A stretch of 64,000 nt of DNA. Origin: Octopus sinensis. Lineage: Eukaryota. The position numbers and the translations under genes are program-made. This document shows positions 26,137 through 39,214 of this stretch, piece after piece (positions within the stretch are counted from its first letter, which is position 1; each line of letters opens with the position of its first letter). The notes under the pieces are model-generated. The model was not told the DNA's origin and made no database searches. It worked only from the letters and a program-made list of their open reading frames with translations. The DNA lies in NCBI RefSeq assembly GCF_006345805.1, contig NC_043001.1, positions 127,472,001 through 127,536,000 on the forward strand. Direction: 5' to 3'.

Positions 26137-26397
26137 ATGTATGTATGTATATGTATGTATGTATGTATGTGTGTGTATATGTTTGTGTCTGTGTTTGTCT
26201 CCGCAACATTGCTTGACAACCGATGCTGGTGTGTTTACGTCCCCGTAACTTATCGGTTCGGCAAAAGAGACCGATAGAATAAGTACTAGGCTTACAAAGA
26301 ATAAGTCCTGGGGTTGATTTGGTCGACTAAAGGCGGTGCTCCAGCATGGCCACAGTCAAATTACTGAAACAAGTATAAAAGTAAAAGTGTAAAGAGT
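25888..26397 (+). mobile_element. SINE family 1, full length with long internal microsatellite
   Basis: As 17767. Confidence 0.9.
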
Positions 26398-26632
26398 AAT
26401 AGTTGATGATGATAATAATGATAATAATAATGGTTTCAAATTTTTCAACTAGGGCAGCAATTTTGGGGGAGAGGATGAGTCAATGCCAGTGTTCAACTGG
26501 TACTTATTTTATCGACCCTGAAAGAATGAAAAGCAAAGTCGATCTCATCGGAATTTGAACCCAGAACATAGCAACGGGCGAAATACCGCTAAGCATATCG
26601 TCCAGCGCACTAACGAGTTTGCCAGCTCGCCA

Positions 26633-27154
26633 CCCTGATACAGTAACAGGCAGTGGCTCTCAAAGCTTTTGATCTTAACTGATTGAAAGTGTTATCATGT
26701 ACTAGTTTTATGTTACTATAAAAGATGATCCACAGCAAATGTTCTGCTCAATATCATAGATTTGCTTATCAGTTGTTTGACCTTGGTCAAGTTAAGCATG
26801 TTCCTCAGCATGACGATATGAGCATTTCTGATCACGAGCAAAAGTAGTGGGGGGCATCGTAGCCATGTGTTGAGAGGAATTCTATGGGGTTTGAATAATC
26901 CACCTCTGTAGGCATGGGTGTTTCATTCATCATTTTTAAACAAACCTTATGCAAGGACTTTCTTAGCAGGATGGTCTATTTGACTGGGCCCCACCTGCAG
27001 GGTCTCTTCATATGAGATCACTGTGTCGCGTAGATGTGGTTGTGATGCATGTGCCTGACGGACTCCTATCAGACGGGTAGCCATTTTGGGTATTTTGGGT
27101 TTTGTATACTTGTATCCCAGTGCCACTTTGAGACCATACATTGCTCTCTCACTC
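26633..27154 (+). mobile_element. 558-bp element family, older diverged copy
   Basis: Colinear with 9970-10527, many substitutions; ends ctctctcactc-aataat. Confidence 0.8.
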
Positions 27155-27182
27155 AATAATAATAATGATTGATAGATAGATA

Positions 27183-27260
<78 letters not shown>

Positions 27261-28794
27261 CACACACATATACAAACACACATATAAACACATACAGTAT
27301 ATACATACATATATACATACATACATACGCATAGATGCATAGATGCGTATGTATGCATAGATGCATACATACGCGCATACATGTGTGTGTACATGTGTAC
27401 GTATGTGTGCGAGAGAGAGAGACTAAGTGTGTGTGTGTGTGTGTACGTTTATATATGAGTGTGTTAATGTCTTAGTGATCGTTTTTCTCCCTACCCCACC
27501 GTGTGTCAACGGGTGTTGGTTTGTTTATATTACCGTAACTTAGCAGTTTGGCAAAAGTGACCGATAGAAGTACTAGGCTTAAGAATCAGTACTGGGATTA
27601 ACTTATCGGATTAAACCCTTGAAGGCAGTGGCCCAGTATGACTGCAGTTCACTGACTGAAACAAGTAAAAAATAAAAACAAATAAGTCTTTTATGATTTC
27701 ATAAAAATAACAGTTTTTTTTATGTTTTCTAAAAACAGATAAAATTGTACTTTCAAGATATAATTTTAAATAATACTGTATCAAAATTTTTACTTTTTTA
27801 CTTTTATTTATTTGTATATTTAGTTTTGTCTTTGGTCAATTAGTGTTATTTCCTTTTTGCTTCTATCTAGAAATCAAAGGAAGTGACTAATATTCCCTTT
27901 AAATCTTGCTTTTGTGACCTGGACATCAGTGTTTTCAAACTGACCTATTTTTCCAACGCATTTCGGACAAATTCAGCGCTGAGTTGCTGAAGCAGAAATA
28001 TTATGATAGCAAATATTCTGCTCAATACCAGACTTACTTGTCAGCTGCTTGGCCTTAATCACTTGAGCATGTCTCTTAGTGGCAGACAATATGAGCAGGA
28101 GCAGTTGGAGACCATCATAGCCATGCGCTGAGAGAGTTTCTTTGGGGTTTGGATAAATCTAACAAGAGCAAAGTCTGAAGGGAATATTAGCCATTTTTCA
28201 TACTTTCCAGGTGCAAGCAAATAGGAAATAACAGTTGCTACCCGAGGAAAAAAATCATGTCACACAATGTAATTAAACAAAATTTATTCTCTACATCAAA
28301 TACATTAACATCCACTTAATTATAAATTTTTCATGCAGCAGGTATCCGGAGTATCCTCTTCGTCTTCAGAGGATGTCCACTTGACTAACTGGAATCAGTC
28401 ACAGACGGATATGCTCCATCATCTAGTTCACAGATATATCTCTAGTATGCTTATTCTGTTGCTACAATGATGGCTTCTGTTTCTCGAAACTGGCTGGTCT
28501 CGCACTCCGGCTCCGCCTGGTCAATTCGTCTTCCCACGCCTCGTCCTTCTTTGTGCGTCGAACTCCTACAGCCCACACTACCCACGTTTCCCAGCCATTT
28601 CTTTCCCCCCAGAACATCGGCTCTCTGAAAGATTCTTCTTACTCACGTCTTTCCTGCAGGTGCTAGCCTGCAATGTTCAAATGGAACATTAATAATATTA
28701 AAAGCATTAAATTCGCCGAGGCGTGAGTTCCTTCAAAAGTCAATGACCTTTCATCTAGACTCAGCAAGTAAAAAATAAAAATCAAAGTACATAG

Positions 28795-29385
28795 GTCATT
28801 GAAAAATATGGCTTTATTTTAATCACTGATATGCTGCATTTATTTAATCATATGACATTTTATTGAAAAATTATGGTCATTTAAACATATAACATTATTT
28901 TAATCAAAATATATAGTCATTGAAATATATAACATTATTTTAATCAACCTATATACAGTCATTTATTTAATCATAGGACATTTTATTGAAAATTTATACT
29001 ACCATTTAAATATATATTATGCCAATCGAAGTATATAGGGTCATTAGAATATATGACATTATTTTAACCAACGTACATACTGGCATTATTTAATCATATG
29101 ACATTATTTTAGTGAAAATGTATTTTATCATTTAGACATATAACATTATTTTAATTGAGGTATATAGTGTCATTGCAATATACTAAGCAAAGGTTATACT
29201 ATTTAAATATATAACATATTTTAATTAATGCATATATCATTTAAATTTGTGATATTATAACCAAAGGATATATGGTTATTTAAACATGTAACAATATCTT
29301 ATTCAAAGTATATATTGTCATTTATTTAAACGATATTTTATTACTTTAATCAAAGTTTATATTGTCATTTAAACATTATTTCAAT
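28795..29385. repeat. Degenerate AT-rich minisatellite, unit about 35-40 bp
   Basis: Recurrent gtcatttaaa.atataacattattttaatcaa motif, more than 10 copies. Confidence 0.75.
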
Positions 29386-29393
29386 AAAGAAAA

Positions 29394-29825
29394 TGAGGTG
29401 CGTTAAAAAATTAACCGACTTTATTTTACACGACGGTCATCCATGACTGCCGAAAGTTTCTCAATCGGTTACTTGTTTCGGCTTATGGATGGCCATGTTT
29501 GAAGTGGTCTTACCACTCCTTGATCTGAGTTTTGCCCGTGACATCATCGTCGTCAAAGGCCCGCTGAATCTTCTGGATGGTTTGAGTTAGAGTGTCATCA
29601 TGTTTTTGGCAAAACTTGATGCAATATTTCTTATTTGGTGCGTTCGGTGAAAACCAAAATCCGATGAACGCATGCTACGCATCTGCACTCTAGGCGTAAC
29701 AATTGGAGATTCACGGGGTCTACCGCCGCGAAAATCTTCATGCATGCGTAGGAAGAGTGGTATCGTCTCCCACAATAAAGGATTTTTCCCACGTTACATC
29801 AGTTTCGGCGGGTGTTACTTAAATA
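29394..29825 (-). mobile_element. Mariner deletion derivative (N-terminal HTH plus one terminus)
   Basis: YCIKFCQKHDDTLTQTIQKIQRAFDDDDVTGKTQIKEW*DHFKHG; mariner-like terminus tgaggtgcgttaaaaaattaaccgac at 29394. Confidence 0.8.
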
Positions 29826-31175
29826 TATATCATAATTTAATAAAATCTATATACTGTTTTATAAATATGATCTATTAAACATTTATTTATATAATAACAT
29901 CATACTTAAATAGCAGCGTATAATTAGACAATAAATCAAGAAGAAATATTGCAGAAATACTACGCAACAATGTGCAGTACAAAATGTGTCATTACTTAAC
30001 AGCGCATAAATAAATTATAGAACATTTCTTCAGTGTCATCAAAACAACAACAATAAACAATAAAATAAATTTATTCTCAAAATAATATTAGTGAAGATAT
30101 ACTTACCACTTGATAAATTCCAAAACGGTAAAAATACACGACTGTAAAATCCTTTTGTTGCACTACTTTGCTGTTGTTATTTTGCCTTCACCAGTCTTTG
30201 ATTGCAACTCGACAACCTTTCAAATATTCCGTGCTTGCTGAGCAGCAATCAAAAGATGAGTAGACATTTTGTTTAATTTCTTATAGCTCTGTAGTTCCTT
30301 CTGTGCCATGTATTGTAGAACTGCATACTGGTCATTCCATTGTACGTCCTTTTCTTTATACGTCTAATTTATGCACAAAATGTATTTATGCGCGTGTGCT
30401 TAGGAGCATTTACAAGCACACATGCACACATACACGCGCGCGCGCACACAATGTGCACATTATATATTTTGTATTATATATATTATATGATATACAAATC
30501 ATATGATATGCATTATATATATATACCGTTTGTATATTTCTAATCTTACGTATATATATATATATATATATATGCATGTAATATGATTTTATATATGTAA
30601 ATATATGCGTGTGTGTGTGTGTGTTTGTGTTTATGTATACATATATATAAATATATATGCATATAAACTTTTTTTATATGTATATGTATATATGTAGATA
30701 TGCAAAAACACATATGTACGTATATATATATATGCCTACCTATATACATACATATAGTTATATAAAGAGATACATACATATACACACATCCACTCGCACG
30801 CACGCATGCATGCATATATATATATGAGGAAGAGAGAGAGAGAAAGACAGACAGACAGAGACAGACAGACAGACAGACAAAGAGACAGAGACACAGACAG
30901 ACAGACAGACAGACAGATAGAGAGAGAGAGAGAGAGCAACAATACTATCGTTATTATCATTTTAAAATATGCCTAAGCCCATGTGCAGCACTTCCTTATC
31001 CTCTTATTTGAGTTAAATCCTGGAGACAATTTTCATTTTATAAATAACTTTTATTTGATTATCATTTTGACATTCACCAAAATATGCACTACAAAATATG
31101 CACTACTTAAAAGAATATTAGAATATTCCTTTAAGTATGAAACAATCTAATTTACAATTAATTTTCTTCAATTGT

Positions 31176-31562
31176 TGTATATGCTTGCATATGAGACGCA
31201 CTATTTTCACCAAAAGTGTCTCAAAGTTTCAACTCGGGTTCTATACACGAAGTTGAGCCTCCCACAAGCTACTTTTCTTCCCGACGCTCGCTAAACTAGA
31301 CTAATTTTAATCGAGATAGTCTTTTCTACCTAGCCTGGCTCCATTACATGTTCAGCTGTACTGCTAACTTACTTTTGATGTACAGTAATATTTTCTACAA
31401 TAGCTAAGATATCTTTGTAATGTTTTATAATGTACTGCTAGATTGCTTTCAATATAACATTCTTTAAGCACTAAAAACTTATTTTACTTCCTGAATAAGC
31501 ACTGCTGAAATTAGAGTGCGTCTTATATGCCCATGTGTCTTTTATACCATCAGACACAGTAT
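31176..31562. mobile_element. Tc2/pogo-like MITE remnant
   Basis: catatgagacgcact (left) versus agtgcgtcttatatg (right); right end ...cacagta. Confidence 0.45.
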
Positions 31563-32624
31563 TATATAATTCATAATTAACTGAGTTATCAAAATGGGGT
31601 TTTATACAAATCCAAAAACGATTGCCATATCAAAAGGCATGGTGGTTAGAAAGACCAAGTGTAAAGATAGGATGAAAATGAACAGACGTTTTGAATAAAT
31701 GAAGACAACTGCAACAAAATGCGAAAATGACAAGCATTGGTTAACCTGAACGTGGACGTTTTTGTGTGAGATGTGATGAATTCTAAATAAATCCTCACAG
31801 ATCGAATACTGAATCAGGATCCATTCTTGCATTTAAAAAATGGACAATTCAATACCTCCATTCACTGAATACTGCTTTAACATCTAACCAGGGTTTTGAT
31901 AAGGAGATTCACATACGATACTTTTTAACATTCAAAACCTACAGCATATATTAATTTAGAATTATATTTATGAATAAATATACCGCTACATAGTTTTATT
32001 ACTATGGTCATTGAAGGTTTATACGGAGTCTATATTTCTGCAGTTAATACTTTAAAATCTGGCTGGTAAGATATTCAAACTACTCTAAAACCAAATATAG
32101 TCTTGGGACATAGAAGTTTTGAGAGCCGTAGTTTGGCCAATGGTATTATATACAGTGTAAATAAAGAAAAAGAGATGAAATGATCCATCGTAGGAGCCCC
32201 TGCTTAGTACACTAACCTACGAGAAACAGCCGCTAAATTTCCCTCATATTTTGCTCTGTTGTCTTAAAAAGAAGTAGGAAAGACATATTGAATAATGTGA
32301 TTCGAGAAAAACGAGACAGTCACATATAGAACGCTGATTATATGTCTGTTTAGTTGAAACTAACCAGAGACTAAATGATAATAAATTGTTTCGTTTCATA
32401 GTGATGATGATGATGATGACGACGATGACGACAACGATGACGATGATAATAAAGATGGCGACAACAAACAGTGGCAATTATTCTCATGGTGATGAGGACA
32501 ACGATGAGGTGTAGAATGATGAGAATGAAGTCAAGCGCAAAAAGTATTCGAATACAAAAACAATCGACAAAAAATTAAAAGCATAAAAAAGAATACATAA
32601 TTGAAAAGGAAATAACAATAACAT

Positions 32625-33008
32625 GGAAGCACTCCGTCGGTTACGACGACGAGGGTTCCGGTTGATCCGAATCAACGGAACAGCCTGCTCGTGTAATTAA
32701 CGTGTAAGTGGCTGAGCACTCCACAGACACGTGTACCCTTAACGTAGTTCTCGGGGATATTCAGCGTGACACAGAGAGTGACAAGGCCGGCCCTTTGAAA
32801 TACAGGTACAACAGAAACAGGAAGTAAGAGTGAGAGAAAGTTGTGGTGAAAGAGTACAGCAGGGTTCACCACCATCCCCTGCCGGAGCCTCGTGGAGCTT
32901 TAGGTGTTTGCGCTCAATAAACACTCACAACGCCCGGTCTGGGAATCGAAACCGCGATCCTAAGACCGCGAGTCCGCTGCCCTAACCACTGGGCCATTGC
33001 GCCTCCAC
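32625..33008 (-). mobile_element. tRNA-derived SINE family 3
   Basis: Minus-strand head ggcgcaatggcccagtggttaggg...ggtttcgattccc; near-identical copies at 46968 and 53401. Confidence 0.9.
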
Positions 33009-33230
33009 AACAATGACAATGATTTGTAGGATATGAACAAGGACTCGAATTGAGTGGGGGGGGACAGAAAAAATCGATTATACTGACGAAGAGTGAAGAT
33101 GATCTCGGTGAGATTTGAACTCAAGAACATAAAGAGCTGTAACTGAATACCACAGACACTTTTATCGACGCTATTACCATCCAACGAGCTCATAGCAAGT
33201 AGAAGAGTCCTTTCTACTATAGAAACAATA

Positions 33231-33610
33231 AGGCGGCGAGCTGGCAGAAACTTTAGCACGTCGAGCGAAATGCGTAGCCGTATTTCGTCTGCCGTTACGT
33301 TCTGAGTTCAAATTCCGCCGAGGTCGACTTTGCCTTTCATCCTTTCGGGGTCGATTAAATAAGTACCAGTTACTCACTGAGGTCGATATAATCGTCTTAA
33401 TCCGTTTGTCTGTCTTTGTTTGTCCTCTCTGTGTTTAGCCCCTTGTGGGTAGTAAAGAAATAAGTATTTCGTCTGCCTTTACGTTCTGAGTTCAAATTCC
33501 GCCGAGGTCGACTTTGCCTTTCATCCTTTCGGGGTCGATGTAATCGACGTAATCCGTTTGTCTGTCCTTGTTTGTCCTCTCTGTGTTTAGCCCCTTGTGG
33601 GTAGTAAAGA
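33231..33610 (+). mobile_element. SINE family 2, head plus two body units (second internally deleted)
   Basis: Second unit restarts at gtatttcgtctgcc (33464) after aaagaaataa. Confidence 0.85.
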
Positions 33611-33611
33611 A

Positions 33612-34258
33612 TTATTTCTACTATAGGCACAAGGCCTGAAATTTGGGGTAGGGGGTAGTCGATTACATGAGCCCCAGTACTCGGCTGATACTTATTTTTA
33701 TCGATCACGAAAGGATAAAATGCAAAGTCGACCTCAACGGAATTTGAACTCAGAAAGTAAAAACGGACGAAATCTCGCTAAGGATTTTGCCCGGCGCACT
33801 AACTATTCTGCCGGCTCGCCGCCTTAGTAACAATAATAATACTTTCTACTGTAGACACAAGGCCTGAAAGTTGGGGGAAGGAGGATAGCCGATCACATCG
33901 AACCCAGTACTTGATTAGTACTAAATTTATCGACCGGTAAGGATAAAAGACAAAGTTGACCTCGGCGGACGAAATGCCGCGAAGCATTTCGTCCGGCGTG
34001 CTAACGATTCTGCCAGCTCGCAGCCATAATAATAATAATCCTTTCTACTATAGGTACAAGGCCTGAAATTTGGTGCGGGGGTGGGGACTAGTCGATTACA
34101 TCGACCCCCAGTGTTTCACTGGTACTTATTTTATAAAGCCCGAAAGGATGAAAGGCAAAGTCGACCTCAGCGGAATTTGAACAAAGAACGTAGCGACGGG
34201 CGAAATACCGTTAAGCATTTCGTCTAGCGTGCTAACGATCCTGTCAGCTCGCCGCCTT
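33612..34258 (-). mobile_element. Three adjacent SINE family 2b copies
   Basis: Repeated ttctactataggcacaaggcctgaaa...gccagctcgccgcc blocks separated by short AAT tracts. Confidence 0.8.
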
Positions 34259-34259
34259 G

Positions 34260-34313
<54 letters not shown>

Positions 34314-34339
34314 GTAAATGATGATGATGATGATGATGA

Positions 34340-34385
<46 letters not shown>

Positions 34386-34543
34386 GAGGAGGAGGAGGAG
34401 GAGGAGAAGAAGGAGGGAAGGATCCCTTTTATTGTATGATCTCAAAAGCGAGAGTAGGAGACATTGCAAGGACAAATGAGAAAAATGTGGGGGATTTTCT
34501 CTAGAAGAAGAAGAAAAAGAAGAAGAGAAGAAGAAGAAGATGG

Positions 34544-34607
<64 letters not shown>

Positions 34608-35140
34608 GATGATGACGATGATGATGATGAACAAGAGTAACAGCAACAACGAAAAGAAGGAGGAAAACACATACAAACCTGCAAGGTGACTTAAGACGTT
34701 AATTGTGATGTCGTACCTGAACATCCTGTTGTGACACCCCAAGACCAATCAAAACACGTGAAGCTTCAAAAAAACATTTGAAAAACGATATTAGTGACTA
34801 ACATCGATGATAACGGTGGCGGCGGCGGCGGTGGTGGTGGTGGTGGTGGTCGTCGTCGTCGTGGTAGTGGTGGTGATGGTGGTGGTCGTCGTCGTCGTCG
34901 TGGCGGTGGTGGTGGTGGTGGTGGTGGTGGTGGTGGCGGTGGTGGCGGTGGTCGTGGTCGTGGTCGTGGCGGTCGTGGTCGTGGTCGTGGTGGTTGTGGT
35001 GGTCGTGGTGGTCGTGGTAGTGGTCGTGGTCGTGGTCGTCGTGGTCGTCGTGGTCGTCGTGGTCGTCGTGGTGGTGGTCGTGAAGAATGAAGAGGAAGAA
35101 GAAGAAGAAGAAAAAGAAGAGGAGGAGGAGGCACTTAAAC
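34260..35140. repeat. Compound trinucleotide tracts (AAT-GAT-GAC-GAG-AAG; GGT/GGC/CGT)
   Basis: Direct inspection; source of the Gly/Arg/Pro/Thr-rich pseudo-ORFs. Confidence 0.95.
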
Positions 35141-35533
35141 TCTGATTGTGAAAGCAATATCTCATTTTTTTTCTTTCTTTCTTCACGTTCTTTACCTATC
35201 CTTTCATAGTTGTCCAATGTCAGCTTTTTTTTCTTTCTTTTTTTTGTTGTTCGTTTCTCTGGTGGGGTATTCAGTCACGTTATATCTTTCGATTACATCA
35301 CATCATACAAACCGACCACAATAATAATGGAAATCATGATGATCACCACCATCATCGTCGTAGTCGTAGTCGTAGTCGTAATAGTCGCCGTCGTAGTCGT
35401 CGTCATCGTTGCTGCTACCATTGTCATAATCATAAATATGACGATAATATGATCATGTTCATTGAACATAATCAGTATGATTATTAAGAGTGATTTCGAA
35501 AAGATGTAACGTTATATATATATTATAATAATA

Positions 35534-35571
<38 letters not shown>

Positions 35572-35628
35572 TATAATAATAATAATATAAAATAATAATA
35601 ATAAAATAATAATAATAATAATAATAAT

Positions 35629-36183
35629 AAATGCCCTGATGCAGTACCAGGCAGTGGCTCTCATGGCTTCTGATCTTAACTGACTGGAAGTGTTATCATG
35701 TACATTGTTTTGTCTTGGTATAAAAGATGGGCTACAGTAAATATTCTGCTCAATACCACAGATTTGCTTGTCAGTTGTTTGACCTTAACCAGTTGAGCAT
35801 GTCCCTTAGTGGCTGACGATATGTGCATCTCTGATCACGAGCAGAAGTAGTGGGGGAGCATCATAGCCATGTGTTGAGAGGGATTCTTTGGGGTTTGAAT
35901 AGTTCACCTCTGGAAACATGGGTGGTTCTTTCAACATCCTTAAACAACCCTTATTCAGGGACCGTTTGAGCGGGATGGGCTACTCAACCTGAAGAAAATT
36001 CTAACTGGGCCCCACCTGCAAGGTCATGTGCTGTTTATCTTGATATGAGATCACCATGCCGCGCACATATGGTTGTGATGCATGTGCCTGGTGTACCTTT
36101 ATCAGACGGGTAGTCATGATGGGTATATTGGGCTTCGTATATTTTACCCCAGTGTCACTTTGATGGCATGAACTGCTCTCTCA

Positions 36184-36244
<61 letters not shown>

Positions 36245-36799
36245 GCCCTGATGCAGTACCAGGCAGTGGCTCTCATGGCTTCTAATCTTAACTGATTGGA
36301 AGTGTCATCATGTACATTGTTTTGTCTTGGTATAAAAAGATGGGCTACAGCAAATATTCTGCTCAATACCACAGATTTGCTTGTCAGTTGTTTGACCTTA
36401 ACCAGTTGAGCATGTCCCTTAGTGGCTGACGATATGTGCATCTCTGATCATGAGTAGGAGTAGTGGTGGAGCATCATAGCCATGTGTTGAGAGGGATTCT
36501 TTGGGGTTTGAATAATTCACCTCTGGAAACATGGGTGGTTCTTTCAACATCCTTAAACAACCCTTATTCAGGGACCGTTTGAGCGGGATGGGCTACTCGA
36601 CCTGAACAAAATTCTAACTGGGCCCCACCTGCAAGGTCATGTACTGTTTACCTTGATATGAGATCACCATGTCGCGCACATATGGTTGTGATGCATATGC
36701 CTGGTGTACCCTTATCAGACGGGTAGTCATGATGGGTATATTGGGCTTCGTATATTTTACCCCAGTGTCACTTTGATGGCATGCACTGCTCTCTCACTC
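35629..36799 (+). mobile_element. Two full-length 558-bp elements in tandem, separated by (AAT)n
   Basis: 35629-36186 and 36241-36799, both near-identical to 9970-10527. Confidence 0.9.
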
Positions 36800-36902
36800 G
36801 ATAATAATAATAATAGTAATATTAATATTAGAGAGTATAATTCCAAACTTACAGGGAAAAATTCAATTTAGTATTAAATCAAATTTCACAATATAATGCA
36901 TA

Positions 36903-37660
36903 ATATATAAATTAGAGAAAAAACCACTATTATGCAATTCAAAAAATGATAGACATAAACTAAATCATAAATAAACAATAAAATATTTTTTTATAAAACA
37001 TATACTAGATCACAAAAAGTATAAAAATGAATAATCCATATATAATATATAATAAGTATTATATTATATTATATCATATCATATATTATATTATATTATA
37101 TTATATTATATTATATTAATATTATATTATATTATATTATAATATAATTATATTATAATTGCAGCGTGGAAGGTGTTTGTAAGCCATTTAAGAAACACAC
37201 AAAAGCCGTTCGATTCACTTCAACATTTAAGTTTAATTTGTCAAAATATTTTTGTCAGTGAACAGGTCGCGGTCTTAAAGCGACGAAAATATTTTGACAA
37301 ATTAAACTTAAATGTTGAAGTGAATCGAACGGCTTTTGTGTGTTTCTTAAATGGCTTACAAACACCTTCCACGCTGCAATTGTTTTCGTTTCAGCACACG
37401 ATCTCAGATCAAATCACTTGCTATGCAAGTACATCTCCGTAATATATTATAATTATATTATATTATATTATATTATATTATATTATATTATATTATATTA
37501 TAATGTAATATTATATATTATATATTGATTATTCATTTTTATACTTTTTGTGATCAAGTATATGTTTTATAAAAATATATTTTATTTTTTATTTATGATT
37601 TGGCTTTTGTCTATCATTGTTTAAGTTGCATAATAGTGGCTTTTTCTCTAATTTATATAT
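36903..37660. repeat. Nested inverted repeat (foldback): diverged outer arms, (ATATT)n spacers, perfect 96-bp inner arms
   Basis: 37157-37252 is the exact reverse complement of 37286-37381; 36903-37055 pairs imperfectly with 37505-37660. Confidence 0.95.
37251..37301 (+). ncRNA. Type-I hammerhead-like motif H3 with G3:C8 core covariation
   Basis: Helix I tttgtca/tgacaaa (7 bp); core GTGAACA; extra G; helix II gtcgc/gcgac; GAAA; palindromic aatatt; UUU triplet. Confidence 0.7.
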
Positions 37661-37906
37661 ATATATATCTTTTTGCGTGTAGGGTCTGCAGGCGATTAAA
37701 CCTTAATAGGATGAAAGGCGAAGTCAACCCCAACAGGATTTGATAGTCAATGTGTAACAATGCACCAAAAACATTAAGTCTGAACTTCTATGAACGCTAC
37801 CTTCCTCCATTCACCCCTCTCTCTCTCTTTCTCTCTTCTCTATTTATTTATTTCCGTCTCTCTGATATATCTGCATATCTGTATATATAGATATATGCGC
37901 GCGTAC

Positions 37907-37970
<64 letters not shown>

Positions 37971-38098
37971 AAAGCAAACTATACACGTACACATATATAT
38001 ATACATGTATAAATATATATATATAAATATATATTTGTGTGTGTATATATACATATATATATGCATATATATATACATATATATATATATATACATAT

Positions 38099-38131
<33 letters not shown>

Positions 38132-38513
38132 CGAGAGAGAGAGACATCACTTATTTCAGTCATTAGACTGTGGCCATGCTGGGGCACTGCCATAGAGAAT
38201 TTGTAAGTCGAATAATGTTTCGACCCCAGTATTTATTTTTTTATAAACCTGGTACTTATTCTTACTCGTTTGCCGAACCGCTATGTTACGGGTACGTAAA
38301 CACACCAGCACCTGTTGTCAGGCGGTGAGATGGAGAACAAACACATACACACATACACACACACACACACATAATACATACATACACATACACACACACA
38401 CATGAAAAAGGAAAATGATTAACTACAAAAAGCAAAAGAATACTTTATAAGATTCTAAATCCGAAACTAAACCGGAGATAGTTAACTCCACTACTAAAAT
38501 CAATTTCCTCTAT

Positions 38514-39114
38514 ACCTATTTCTTTATTACCCACAGGGGGCTAAACATAGAGGGGACAAACAAGGACAGACATAGGTATTAAGTCGATTACATCGACCCC
38601 AGTGCGTAACTGGTACTTAATTCATCGACCCCGAAAGGATGAAAGGCAAAGTCGACCTCGGCGGAATTTGAACTCACAATGTAACGGCAGACAAAATACC
38701 TATTTCTTTATTACCCACAAGGGGCTAAACACAGAGGGGACAAACAAGGACAGACATAGGTATTAAGTCGATTACATCGACCCCAATGCGTAACTGGTAC
38801 TTAATTCATCGACCCCGAAAGGATGAAAGGCAAAGTCGACCTCGGCGGAATTGAACTCACAATGTAACGGCAGACAAAATACCTATTTCTTATTACCCAC
38901 AAGGGGCTAAACACAGAGGGGACAAACAAGGACAGACATAGGTATTAAGTCGATTACATCGACCCCAATGCGTAACTGGTACTTAATTCATCGACCCCGA
39001 AAGGATGAAAGGCAAAGTCGACCTCGGCGGAATTTGAACTCACAATGTAAAGGCAGACGAAATACCGCCAATCATTTCGCCCGGCGTGCTAACGTTTCTG
39101 CCAGCTCACCACCT
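38514..39114 (-). mobile_element. SINE family 2, head plus three tandem body units
   Basis: Units at about 38514-38697, 38698-38880, 38881-39060; single head at 39061-39114. Confidence 0.9.
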
Positions 39115-39179
39115 TTATTTCCTCTATACCCATTAGCCCTAACCCAAGACACTCGATGAGAAGAAAAATGTAAACTCAT

Positions 39180-39214
39180 CTTTGACGTTTCGAGCTTTAA
39201 AGTTCGTCAAAAAG
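39180..39214 (-). ncRNA. Decayed hammerhead-like motif H4
   Basis: Minus strand cttt-TTGACGA-a-ctttaaagctc-GAAA-cg-TC-aaag; helix I 4 bp, palindromic ACGT, GUC triplet; the 5' strand of helix II appears to lack gag. Confidence 0.55.

Larger units (their letters stand above)
28340..30363 (-). pseudogene. Two-exon decayed gene of unknown family (exons 30363-30107 and 28667-about 28340)
   Basis: AG acceptor then 85 codons + TG, donor gtaagt at 30106; acceptor ttgcag before 28667; phase-2 join gives ...LEFIKWLAPAGKT*VRRIFQRADVLGGKKWLGNVGSVGC...; several in-frame stops. Confidence 0.55.

Noticed and set aside
31780-31850. ILTDRILNQDP resembling a P-element transposase motif
   Set aside because: Five-residue match among many stops; compatible with chance
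34766-35217. Gly/Arg-, Pro-, Thr-, Val- and His-rich ORFs resembling RGG or mucin proteins
   Set aside because: All frames are open because the tract is GGT/GGC/CGT repeats without stops
38514-39060. Regular repeats as a CRISPR-like array
   Set aside because: Units are contiguous SINE bodies with no unique spacers; eukaryotic context, no cas genes
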